From the NCBI GenBank assembly GCA_016650445.1, contig JAENVS010000012.1, positions 1,653-65,652 of the forward strand: a stretch of 64,000 nucleotides of DNA, given 5' to 3'. The notes beneath the pieces were generated by a model. It saw only the letters and a program-made list of their open reading frames with translations. It had not been told where the DNA came from and did no database searches. Source of the DNA: Frankiaceae bacterium (GTDB lineage: Bacteria; Actinomycetota; Actinomycetes; Mycobacteriales; SCTD01). The translations under genes were made by a program, and so were the position numbers. The stretch's first letter is position 1; each line of letters opens with the position of its first letter. This document shows, one piece after another, positions 29,832-38,540 of this stretch.

Positions 29832-30319
29832 GGCGACACCCTCTCGCAGGCCGATACCGGCACAACAGACGCCGTCCAGTTGGCGTGCTGGTCGACCGGC
29901 ACCACGACGACCGGGCAGGCGGCCCGGCGGACGCACTGATCGCCGAGCCAGCCGAGCAGAGACCCGAGCACCCGCGAGCCCGGTTCGCGGCCGACGACGA
30001 GCAGATCGACATCGCGGGAGCGAGCGGCCAGGACGCGACCGGTGTCACCGCGGACCAGCTCGGTCTGGATCTGCTCGGGCGACAGCGCGACACCGTCAGC
30101 AGCCGCTTTCAGCGCCGCACGTGCCCCGGGCTCCGGGTCGTAGGTCACCGTGAACGGCGGCAGGCCGTAATGCACCCTGCCCCGCCAGGTCCCCACCAGG
30201 AGCAGCGTCCCGGCGCGGCTCGCGACGTAGTCGGCAGCCCATTCGATGGCGGCCCGGGTCTCTGCCGCTCCGACGACCGCCACCATCACCACGGGCCCGG
30301 AGCCCGCTGTGGTGATCAT
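29801..30319 (-). CDS. Universal stress protein family
   Basis: USP pattern (DLLVVG..G.....LGS....V...A.CPVVVVP). ATG 30319 overlaps the TerC stop (ATGA). Confidence 0.7.
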   Translation of the reverse strand: MITTAGSGPVVMVAVVGAAETRAAIEWAADYVASRAGTLLLVGTWRGRVHYGLPPFTVTYDPEPGARAALKAAADGVALSPEQIQTELVRGDTGRVLAARSRDVDLLVVGREPGSRVLGSLLGWLGDQCVRRAACPVVVVPVDQHANWTASVVPVSACERVSPWLRGSFSFS

Positions 30320-31305
30320 CGGTGCCCCACCGCATCGACCGTGGTCTCCGCGGAGGACGCCAGTGAGGGACGACGCCGCACCATGACCAGGCTGGCGATG
30401 GTCGTCACCGCGAGGGTGCCGACAATCACCGCGAGCGAGAGCGCGAGACCGATGTGCGGCATCGACGCGTAGCCCGACGCGTGCAGCGCCTCCAGGATGA
30501 GCTTGGCGCCGATGAAGCCGAGGATCACCGCCAAGCCGTACGACAGGTAGATGAGCCGGTCGAGCAGACCGTGCAGCAAGAAGTACAGCTGCCGCAGTCC
30601 CATCAGGGCGAAGGCGTTGGCCGTGAAGACGAGGTACGGCTCCTGGGTCAGCCCGAAGATCGCCGGGATGGAGTCCAGCGCGAACAGCAGGTCCGCCGTC
30701 GCGATGGCGACCATGACGATGAGCAGCGGCGTGAACGTCCGTCGCCCGTCGATCGTCACGACAGCGCGCCCGCCGTGGTAGTCGCGCGTCGTCGGCACGG
30801 CTCGCTCGACGAGGCGGACGACCGGGTTGCGGCTGACGTCGTAGGGCTTGCCGTGCGCCGTGACGAGCTTCACCGCGGTGTAGATCAGGAAGGCGCCGAA
30901 GACGTAGAAGGTGAAGCTGAACCGCTCGATCGCGGCAGCACCGACGGCGATGAAGCCTGCCCTCAGCGCGAGAGCGGCCACGATGCCGAACAGCAGCACC
31001 TTGTGCTGGTACGCCGGTGGAACGGCGAAGGTCGTCATGATGATGACGAACACGAACAGGTTGTCCACCGACAGGCTGTACTCCGTCAGGTAGCCGGCGA
31101 AGAACTCACCCGCGACGGAGGCGTCGTACACGAGACCGAGCCCGAACCCGAAGAACACGGCGAGAGCGACGTAGAACGCTACCCAGAGCGCCGCGGCCTG
31201 GACGGTGACCGCGCGCGGCTTGCGGTTGCTGATGAGCAGATCTGCTGCGATGACGGCGCCGAGCGCCACGACTGTCGCAGCCCAGGCCAACAGGGAAACG
31301 TTCAA
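30316..31305 (-). CDS. TerC-family integral membrane protein
   Basis: YLTEYSLSVDNLFVF and DSIPAIFG TerC motifs. TTG start 31305 is preceded by GGAGGAGAGG. Confidence 0.85.
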   Translation of the reverse strand: MNVSLLAWAATVVALGAVIAADLLISNRKPRAVTVQAAALWVAFYVALAVFFGFGLGLVYDASVAGEFFAGYLTEYSLSVDNLFVFVIIMTTFAVPPAYQHKVLLFGIVAALALRAGFIAVGAAAIERFSFTFYVFGAFLIYTAVKLVTAHGKPYDVSRNPVVRLVERAVPTTRDYHGGRAVVTIDGRRTFTPLLIVMVAIATADLLFALDSIPAIFGLTQEPYLVFTANAFALMGLRQLYFLLHGLLDRLIYLSYGLAVILGFIGAKLILEALHASGYASMPHIGLALSLAVIVGTLAVTTIASLVMVRRRPSLASSAETTVDAVGHR

Positions 31306-31430
31306 GGGCGAGCCTCTCCTCCGGCGACCAGACGGTCGAACCGGAGGTCTCTCCCACCAGTGGGCCAAGCCGCCGGGCCCATCGGTAGGCCGGATTGACG
31401 ACGACTCGCGCGGGGATACTCCCCTCCACC
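31306..31430 (-). promoter_or_regulatory. yybP-ykoY (Mn2+) riboswitch with SD-sequestering expression platform
   Basis: Minus-strand RNA GGAGGGGAGUAUC..GUCGUCAAUCCGG..GGCUUGG..GGGAGAGACCUCC matches conserved yybP-ykoY blocks. Aptamer is about 31343-31430. CCUCCGG (P1 3' strand) can alternatively pair with the CCGGAGG of the SD. Confidence 0.75.
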
Positions 31431-31446
31431 GACGAGGGTACGCCGC

Positions 31447-32592
31447 CTACGTCGACGGGTCGACCGCCATCGCGATCGTCAGCTGCAGGACGACGTCGGG
31501 ATCGGCGAGCCGCTCGCCGTACAGCTCGCGGAGCTGCGTCATGCGGTAGCGCACCGTCTGCGCGTGCACGTGCAGGTCGGCGGCGACCTCCTCGCGACGA
31601 CCGTGGTGCAGCAGCCAGGAACGGAGGGTCTCCGCGAGCCGCGCCGCCGTCGCCGGTCGCAGGTCCGCGAGTGGGGCCAGCGCCTGCGCCCGCAGGTCGG
31701 CGAGCGCCTCTGCATCCGCCGTGAGCACCAGGGTCGTGAGATGCGCCTCGGTGTCCACCGGCTCGCTGCCGGCGACGCGGTCGACGAGGCGCGCGGCGCG
31801 GGCGTACGACGACGCGGCGGCTGTCCACGGCCGGGTCGGGCCGACCACCGCGGCCCGACCACGCAACGACCGCAGCAGCACCCGTCGCGTGTCCGGCGCG
31901 AGCAGCACGTCGGCGTCGGCCAGCCCGACGAGGTCTCCCGGGACGCTGAGGGTCCGCCCGTCGAGCAGCGGCAGGACGTCGCGGTTACGCGCTGACGGGA
32001 TGAGCACGACTGTCAGGTCCTGCGGCGGAGCCCAGTCGGCACGCTCCGCCATGGCTTGGAGTGCGGGCAGGGACGTACCGGAGAGCAGCGCCAGCCCGAG
32101 CCGCTCGCGGTAGAGCTGGCGCACCCGCCCCGACGTGGCGAGCTCGTCGGCGTGGCCGGCGACACTCGCCGCGGAGAGCTCGTCGATGTAGGCGAACACC
32201 AGCTCCGCGAACTGCGCCACGGTCTCGGCCGGCAGCCCGCCGTCCACGGCCGTGGCGGACAGCTCGCGCCAGGCGACCCGGGCGCCCACCCGGTACGCCG
32301 CGAGGAGGGCGTCGGCGGTGCGACCGCCGCGGGCCTCACCGCGCCCGAGCGCGTAGGCACCGTCCCGGGCTGGGCCGAGCGGCGTGCTGTCACCGGGCTG
32401 GCTGGCCAGGCGGAGAAAGCCGCCCAGCGCCATCTGCACCGCGCCCTGGATGGTGGCGCCCATCTCGCCCGCGAACGCGTCGGCGTACTCCGGCACCTCC
32501 GCGGTGACCGCCGCGACCGTGTGCTCGGCCACGGCAGGCAGCTGCTCGCGCAGGACCTCCACCAGGCTCGGTTCCAGCGCAAACGCACTCAT
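31447..32592 (-). CDS. PucR-family transcriptional regulator
   Basis: C-terminal PucR HTH (HVHAQTVRYRMTQLRELYG). ATG 32592 (MSAFALEP) preferred over 32610. Confidence 0.8.
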   Translation of the reverse strand: MSAFALEPSLVEVLREQLPAVAEHTVAAVTAEVPEYADAFAGEMGATIQGAVQMALGGFLRLASQPGDSTPLGPARDGAYALGRGEARGGRTADALLAAYRVGARVAWRELSATAVDGGLPAETVAQFAELVFAYIDELSAASVAGHADELATSGRVRQLYRERLGLALLSGTSLPALQAMAERADWAPPQDLTVVLIPSARNRDVLPLLDGRTLSVPGDLVGLADADVLLAPDTRRVLLRSLRGRAAVVGPTRPWTAAASSYARAARLVDRVAGSEPVDTEAHLTTLVLTADAEALADLRAQALAPLADLRPATAARLAETLRSWLLHHGRREEVAADLHVHAQTVRYRMTQLRELYGERLADPDVVLQLTIAMAVDPST

Positions 32593-32612
32593 CTTGTTCT
32601 TTCCGAACAAGA
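32592..32612. promoter_or_regulatory. 8-bp inverted repeat TCTTGTTC-N5-GAACAAGA (candidate operator)
   Basis: Perfect inverted repeat in the divergent PucR / reductase-desaturase intergenic region. Confidence 0.4.
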
Positions 32613-32676
32613 ACGTGTCTGAATCCCACCCCGCATGACCAGGACTCTAGCGTCCTGAACAAGCCAGACTCGACGC

Positions 32677-33741
32677 ATGACCACCGCTGCGCCCGTGCTG
32701 CGCGTCCGCGACCGCCTCCGGGACCGGGTCGCCCAGCTCGCCGAGCTGGTCGCCACCCCGCTCGTCCCGGCCGACTACGTCGACCTGCTCGACCCGCTGC
32801 GCAACGGCACCGACCTGCGGGCCCGGATCGTCGCCGTGACGGCCGAGACCGCCGACGCCGCGACGCTCGAGCTGCGCCCGGGTCGAGGCTGGCGCGGGCA
32901 CGTGCCGGGCCAGTACGTCCGCATCGGCGTCGACGTCGACGGGGTGCGCCTCTGGCGCGCCTACTCAGTGACGTCGTCCACCGATACGACCTTCACGATC
33001 ACGGTCAAGGCGATCCCGGACGGGGTCGTCAGCAACCACCTCGTACGACGGGCGCGGGCCGGCTCGGTCGTGCAGCTCGACCAGGCCACCGGCGACTTCG
33101 TCCTGCCGACTTCGCGACCCACCAAAGCCCTGTTCGTCACCGCCGGCAGCGGCATCACGCCGGTCATGGGGATGCTGCGCAGCACGCCGCTCGACGACGT
33201 CGTCCTCGTCCACTCCGCACCCACTGCCGACGACGTCATCTTCGCGACCGAGCTGCGGACCTGGGCGACGCAGGGCCGGATCAGTCTGGTGGAGAAGCAC
33301 ACCGACACCGACGGGATGCTGACCACCGACGAGCTCGCTGCCGTCGTGCCCGACCTCAGCGAGCGCGAGGCCTGGGCCTGCGGCCCGACCGGCATGCTCG
33401 ACGCCCTCGAGACGTGGTGGCCGAACGACCTGCTGCACACCGAGCGCTTCCGGCCGTCGGTGCTCGTTCTCGGCGACGGCGGAAGCGTGACGTTCGCGCG
33501 CAGCGGCACGACCGTCGACGCCGACGGCGCGACTCCGCTGCTCACCGCCGGCGAGGCGGCCGGCGTGCTCATGCCGTCCGGCTGCCGGATGGGCATCTGC
33601 TTCGGCTGCGTGCTGCCGCTGCGCGAGGGAGCCGTGCGCGACCTGCGCACCGGCGATGTCACGACCGCAGCCGTCGGCGACGGCGTACTGATCCAGACCT
33701 GCATCTCGGCTGCGGCCGGGCCCTGCGACCTCGACGTCTGA
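32677..33741 (+). CDS. Ferredoxin reductase-type oxidoreductase (FAD/NAD-binding + 2Fe-2S), Rv3230c-like
   Basis: RAYS FAD motif, GSGITP NAD motif, C-terminal CRMGICFGC...C 2Fe-2S cluster motif. Confidence 0.85.
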   Translation: MTTAAPVLRVRDRLRDRVAQLAELVATPLVPADYVDLLDPLRNGTDLRARIVAVTAETADAATLELRPGRGWRGHVPGQYVRIGVDVDGVRLWRAYSVTSSTDTTFTITVKAIPDGVVSNHLVRRARAGSVVQLDQATGDFVLPTSRPTKALFVTAGSGITPVMGMLRSTPLDDVVLVHSAPTADDVIFATELRTWATQGRISLVEKHTDTDGMLTTDELAAVVPDLSEREAWACGPTGMLDALETWWPNDLLHTERFRPSVLVLGDGGSVTFARSGTTVDADGATPLLTAGEAAGVLMPSGCRMGICFGCVLPLREGAVRDLRTGDVTTAAVGDGVLIQTCISAAAGPCDLDV

Positions 33742-33763
33742 TCGTCGGAAACGGAGACCTGAC

Positions 33764-34909
33764 ATGACCGCGATCCAGAAGAAGCCCGACAACGCCATCG
33801 CCCACCTGAGCCCCGCAGACATCGAGGAGCTCGGCCGCTCGCTCGACGCGATCCGCGAGCAGGTCGTCGGCTCCCGCGGCGCCGACGACGCGGCGTACAT
33901 CCGCAAGGTCATCGACGTACAGCGAAAGCTCGAGCTCACCAGCCGGGCCGTGCTGCTGTTCTCGCTGTTCCCGCCCGCTTGGCTGGCCGGCACGACCGGG
34001 CTGTCGATCGCCAAGATCCTCGAGAACATGGAGATCGGGCACAACATCCTGCACGGCCAGTGGGACTGGATGCGCGACCCGAAGATCCACTCGACGACCT
34101 GGGAGTGGGACAACGCCACGCCCGCCGACATGTGGAAGCACTCGCACAACGAGCTGCACCACGCCTACACGAACGTGCTCGGCAAGGACAACGACCTCGG
34201 CTACGGGATCATGCGCGTCGACGAGGACCAGCGCTGGTCGCCGTTCTACCTCGGGCAGCCGCTCTACAACTTCCTGAACGCCTGCTTCTTCCAGTACGGC
34301 ATCGCGGCGTACGACCTCGAGATCGGCAAGTACCTCAAGGGCCGCAAGGAGAAGGTCGCCTTCAAGGGACAGGTCACGAAGGTCCTGAACAAGGTGAAGA
34401 AGCACGCACTGCGCGACTACGTCCTGCACCCGCTGCTGTCCGGTCCGTCGGCGCTGACCACCCTCGGCGCCAACGCAACCGCCAACCTGGTGCGCAACCT
34501 GTGGACGCACTCGATCATCATGTGCGGCCATTTCCCCGAGGGTGTCGAGACCTTCGAGAAGACGAGCATCGTCGGCGAGACCCGGGGCGAGTGGTACCTA
34601 CGACAGATGCTCGGCGCGGCCAACATCGACGGGGGTGCGGCGATGCACATGATGAGCGGCAACCTCAGCTTCCAGATCGAGCACCACCTGTTCCCCGATC
34701 TGCCCAGCAACAGGTACGCCGAGATCGCCCCGCAGGTGCAGGCGCTGTTCGAGAAGTACGAGCTGAGCTACGTCAGCGGGTCGTTCCCCAAGCAACTCGC
34801 GTCCGCCTGGCACAAGGTCTTCCGGCTCGCGCTGCCCAACGACTTCCTGGCGAAGACCGCCGCCTCCGTCACGGACCTGCCCGTCCGCGCAGCGGGCAAG
34901 GCGGCCTGA
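33764..34909 (+). CDS. Membrane fatty-acyl desaturase (DesA3-like)
   Basis: Histidine boxes HNILH, HSHNELHH, QIEHHLFP. Confidence 0.9.
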   Translation: MTAIQKKPDNAIAHLSPADIEELGRSLDAIREQVVGSRGADDAAYIRKVIDVQRKLELTSRAVLLFSLFPPAWLAGTTGLSIAKILENMEIGHNILHGQWDWMRDPKIHSTTWEWDNATPADMWKHSHNELHHAYTNVLGKDNDLGYGIMRVDEDQRWSPFYLGQPLYNFLNACFFQYGIAAYDLEIGKYLKGRKEKVAFKGQVTKVLNKVKKHALRDYVLHPLLSGPSALTTLGANATANLVRNLWTHSIIMCGHFPEGVETFEKTSIVGETRGEWYLRQMLGAANIDGGAAMHMMSGNLSFQIEHHLFPDLPSNRYAEIAPQVQALFEKYELSYVSGSFPKQLASAWHKVFRLALPNDFLAKTAASVTDLPVRAAGKAA

Positions 34910-34984
34910 CCCGCAGGCGTGACGCTAGACAGACCGGGCACACTTGCCTGGGGCGGCATCGTGCCCGCCGCGGAAGGAGTCCCG

Positions 34985-35218
34985 ATGACGGAGCGCCGCT
35001 GCCCGGAGTGCGGACAGCCGAACCCGATCGAGCTCGAGATGAAGGTCAAGGGCGGTCAGGCGCTCACCATGCTGTCCTGCGGCAGGTGTGAGGCGCGTTC
35101 GTGGCTGTCCGACGGCGAGCCGGTGTCCAAGAGCGACGTCCTCAAGCTCACCGCGGGCGATCCCGACTTCACCGTGGTTCCCAGCCCGAAGACCCAGCGG
35201 CGTACGGCGAAGCGCTAA
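34985..35218 (+). CDS. Small zinc-ribbon protein
   Basis: CPECG...CGRCE motif. ATG at 34985. Confidence 0.5.
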   Translation: MTERRCPECGQPNPIELEMKVKGGQALTMLSCGRCEARSWLSDGEPVSKSDVLKLTAGDPDFTVVPSPKTQRRTAKR

Positions 35219-36813
35219 CCGACCCGGCGCCGCAACCGGTAGCCGGCCGTCCCGAGCACGGCCACAGCGGCGAGCGGCAGCAGCAGGCTCATCGGCACCT
35301 CGGGCACGTCCGGTGGCGGCGCGACCGCCGCCGCGTTGCAGCCGGTCATGCGCATGTCCGCGCCGGAGTCGGCGTCGGTGCCGCCGGCGTAGTCGGGCAC
35401 CGAGAGGGTGCAGTAGCTCCGGTAGAAGGGGCTCAGCCGCTCGAGCGTCCAGGTGCCCTCGATGACGTAGGGCACGTTGCCACCGAAGAGCAGGTCTCCC
35501 GATGCGGCCGCTTTGTCCGGGTCCCAGAAGCCCATGCTGATGTTGTGCTTATCGATCGTGCCGGTGAGGAAGGTCTTGGACGTCAGCCGGGTGAAGGCCG
35601 ACATGGCCTGGCCCTGGCGATAGGCGCGCTCGGCCTCGGCGGTCCGCCCGTGTTGCGGCACGACGTCGCCGCCGGTGTCGAGGACGAGCTTGCCCTTGAG
35701 CTGCCGGTCGAGCCACGCGACGTTGTAGTAGTTGGACGCCTGCTCGAAAAGGCGATTGCCCGCGAGCCCGGTGCCGCGGCCGTTCCAGTCGATGTGCACG
35801 GTGTCGCGCATGTTGAGGTGCATGAAGTCGAGGCCGCGCGTCTTGCTGGCTTGGTACGCCGCGAGCCCGCGGTTGCGATTGGCGGGGTAGTCGGACGGAT
35901 ACGACGTGGGGTCGTTGAAGCCGCCGTCGGTGCGTTGCAGCATCACCGGCTGACACGGGTTGGTCTCCACGCAGTTGGTCGCGCCGACAGCGTCGGAGAT
36001 GTCCCACGCGATGATGGTCGAGACGCGCGGGTCTCCCTGGTAGCCCAGTGCGCACGAGCCGCCTTGCGAGTGCCCCGCGATGGCAACCCGGCTCAGGTCG
36101 GCGAGCTGTCCCCACTCCCCTGAGGCCGGCGACTTCAGCCACTCGATGACGTCGCCGGCGTTCTCGCAGCGCTGCGAATTGGGGCCGGAGACACCCGGCA
36201 CGAAACCCACGCCGTACCCGTCCACGCCGAAGGCGAGGTAGCCGTTCTCCGCGAAGGTCTGGGTGTTGAACCGGTGGTGGATGTCCTGCGCGATGACGCC
36301 GTGCATGACGATGACGACGGGATACGGACCGTCGAAGCGCTCCAGGCCGGCAGGCAGGCTCGGGCAGTCGCCGGGTGCGGTCGAGCAGGGGCGGTAGCCC
36401 TCGGCCGACGGGACGGTCGGGATCTCCGTCGTACCGAACTGCTTGGAGTGGAAGCGGATGTTCTCGTACGCCGGCGGGTCGCGGTAGTAGTCCTCGCCGT
36501 ACATCGCGGCAGAGCGCGCACTGTCGTTGACCGGGAACTGAGCCCGATCGCTGTCGCGCTGGTCGGTGCACTCGACGTGGCTGGTGTTGAAGGCCGTCCA
36601 CTCCGCGGTGCCCGGCGTCGGGTCCTGCCCGGTGCGGTTCCCCTCGGCGTCGAGCGGGTTCCACCGGTCGTTCAGGCAGTCGTACGTCGCGTAGTCCCAG
36701 GGGTCGGACACCGCAGCCTGGGCGGGCGTCCCGCTGAGCACGAGCGCGGTGGTGGCAAGCAGCAGGAAGACGGAACGCCGTCGGAACACGAAACCCCCCG
36801 GGTGGTCAGCCAC
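35215..36813 (-). CDS. Secreted alpha/beta hydrolase (lipase/esterase-like) with C-terminal membrane anchor
   Basis: Signal peptide, GHSQGG nucleophile elbow, C-terminal VPEVP + TM + RLRRR. Confidence 0.75.
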   Translation of the reverse strand: MADHPGGFVFRRRSVFLLLATTALVLSGTPAQAAVSDPWDYATYDCLNDRWNPLDAEGNRTGQDPTPGTAEWTAFNTSHVECTDQRDSDRAQFPVNDSARSAAMYGEDYYRDPPAYENIRFHSKQFGTTEIPTVPSAEGYRPCSTAPGDCPSLPAGLERFDGPYPVVIVMHGVIAQDIHHRFNTQTFAENGYLAFGVDGYGVGFVPGVSGPNSQRCENAGDVIEWLKSPASGEWGQLADLSRVAIAGHSQGGSCALGYQGDPRVSTIIAWDISDAVGATNCVETNPCQPVMLQRTDGGFNDPTSYPSDYPANRNRGLAAYQASKTRGLDFMHLNMRDTVHIDWNGRGTGLAGNRLFEQASNYYNVAWLDRQLKGKLVLDTGGDVVPQHGRTAEAERAYRQGQAMSAFTRLTSKTFLTGTIDKHNISMGFWDPDKAAASGDLLFGGNVPYVIEGTWTLERLSPFYRSYCTLSVPDYAGGTDADSGADMRMTGCNAAAVAPPPDVPEVPMSLLLPLAAVAVLGTAGYRLRRRVG

Positions 36814-37036
36814 GGAGGCTAGCCAGATTTGCCCCGTTTGTCGCCGCAGGTTGGTAACGGCTCGCCGCGAGCCTCATGAGCCGACGGCAAGGTCCGAGCA
36901 GGCGAGAAACGGGTGGGAGACTGCTCGCCGTGGCGCACGGCCCGGATCGGCGTCGACAGCATGGATGGCGGCGCACACCACGCGCGGCACCTCGCGTCGA
37001 GAGATCGCCGACCGCAGGTACTGAGAGGAGCTGACG

Positions 37037-38527
37037 ATGTCGGCGCAGACCGAGGGTGTTTTGTACGACGTGGTGGTTCGGGGTGGCCGTGTCATCGACC
37101 CGGCTTCGGGGATCGACGCCGTCACCGACGTCGGTCTGACCGACGGCCGCGTCGCTGCACTCGGCTCCGGACTTCGCGGCCGCACCGAGCTCGATGCAGC
37201 GGGCTGTGTCGTTGCGCCGGGGTTCATCGACCTGCACAACCACGCGCAGGACCTCGCCGGTCACCGGCTCGCGGCAATGGACGGCGTGACAACCGCCCTC
37301 GACCTCGAGTCCGGTGTCGCGCCGACGGGGACGGTGTACGCCGCGGCCGCCGCGGAAGGACGACCGCTCAACTACGGCTACTCCGCGCCGTGGGCTGCGG
37401 CGCGGCTGCAGGTCCTGGCCGACGTGCCGCGTGACGGCACGATCGGGACGATGCTCGCGCACATCGGCGACCCCCGCTGGCAGCGGCCGGCGCAGCCCCG
37501 CGAGGTGCAGCAGATCCTGGATCTCCTGCAGGAGGACCTGGCCGGCGGGGCGCTCGGCATCGGGGTGATCGTCGGATACGCGCAGACGACCGATCCGAGC
37601 GAGTACCTCGCCGTCGCGGCAGTGGCGGCCGAGCACGGGGTGCCGACGTACACGCACGCGCGAGATCTGATCGACACGAGCCCGGAGGTCCTGGTCGACG
37701 GGGCCGAAGAGCTGGTGCGCGCCGCCGGAGAGACCGGCGCGCACATGCACTACTGCCACGTCAACAGCACGTCGTTCCGGCATGTCGACCGCGTGCTCTC
37801 GCTCATCGACCGCGTCCGTGGTGAGGGGTCGCGTGTGACGACAGAGGCCTATCCGTACGGCGCGGGCATGACCGGGATCGGCGCGGAGTTCCTGGCGCCG
37901 GAGCGGCTCCGCGCGCGTGGCATGACGCCCCAGTCACTGGTCTACGCACCGACGGGCGAGCGGATCGCCGACGAGGCACGGCTACGGGAGCTCCGCGACA
38001 AGGACCCCGGCGGCCTGGTCATCGTGCACATGCTCGACGAGACCAGGCCCGCGGACCTTCAGCTGTTGCTGCGGTCGCTGGCGTTCACCGACGCCTGCAT
38101 CGCCAGTGACGCCATGCCCCTGACGTGGCAAGGCGAGCCCGCCCCCGACGCGTGGCCGCTCCCACCGACGGCCTTCACGCACCCGCGCGCCGCAGGGACG
38201 TTCTCCAAGGCGTTCCGTCTGATGGTGACTGAACACGCGGTCATCGACATCCCCGAGTTCGTCCGCCGGGCGAGCTGCCTGCCGGCGGCGGTCGTCGAGC
38301 TGGCGACGAAAGGCGCAGTGCGAAAAGGCACCCTGGCTGTCGGCACCGACGCCGACATCGTGGTGTTCGATCCCGCCGGCTACCGGGACCAAGCCACGTA
38401 CGAGGCGTGCACCCGACCTTCGTCAGGGCTGCGCCACCTGCTGGTCGCCGCAGCGCCCGTCGTACGCGACGGCGAGCTCCAGCTCGACGCCCGACCCGGC
38501 CAACCCGTGCGAGGGGCCCACTGCTGA
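37037..38527 (+). CDS. N-acyl-D-amino-acid deacylase (D-aminoacylase) family amidohydrolase
   Basis: YDVVVRGGRVIDP..GFIDLHNH metal-binding motif. SD GAGAGGAG. Confidence 0.85.
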   Translation: MSAQTEGVLYDVVVRGGRVIDPASGIDAVTDVGLTDGRVAALGSGLRGRTELDAAGCVVAPGFIDLHNHAQDLAGHRLAAMDGVTTALDLESGVAPTGTVYAAAAAEGRPLNYGYSAPWAAARLQVLADVPRDGTIGTMLAHIGDPRWQRPAQPREVQQILDLLQEDLAGGALGIGVIVGYAQTTDPSEYLAVAAVAAEHGVPTYTHARDLIDTSPEVLVDGAEELVRAAGETGAHMHYCHVNSTSFRHVDRVLSLIDRVRGEGSRVTTEAYPYGAGMTGIGAEFLAPERLRARGMTPQSLVYAPTGERIADEARLRELRDKDPGGLVIVHMLDETRPADLQLLLRSLAFTDACIASDAMPLTWQGEPAPDAWPLPPTAFTHPRAAGTFSKAFRLMVTEHAVIDIPEFVRRASCLPAAVVELATKGAVRKGTLAVGTDADIVVFDPAGYRDQATYEACTRPSSGLRHLLVAAAPVVRDGELQLDARPGQPVRGAHC

Positions 38528-38540
38528 ACGGGCCGCAGGG

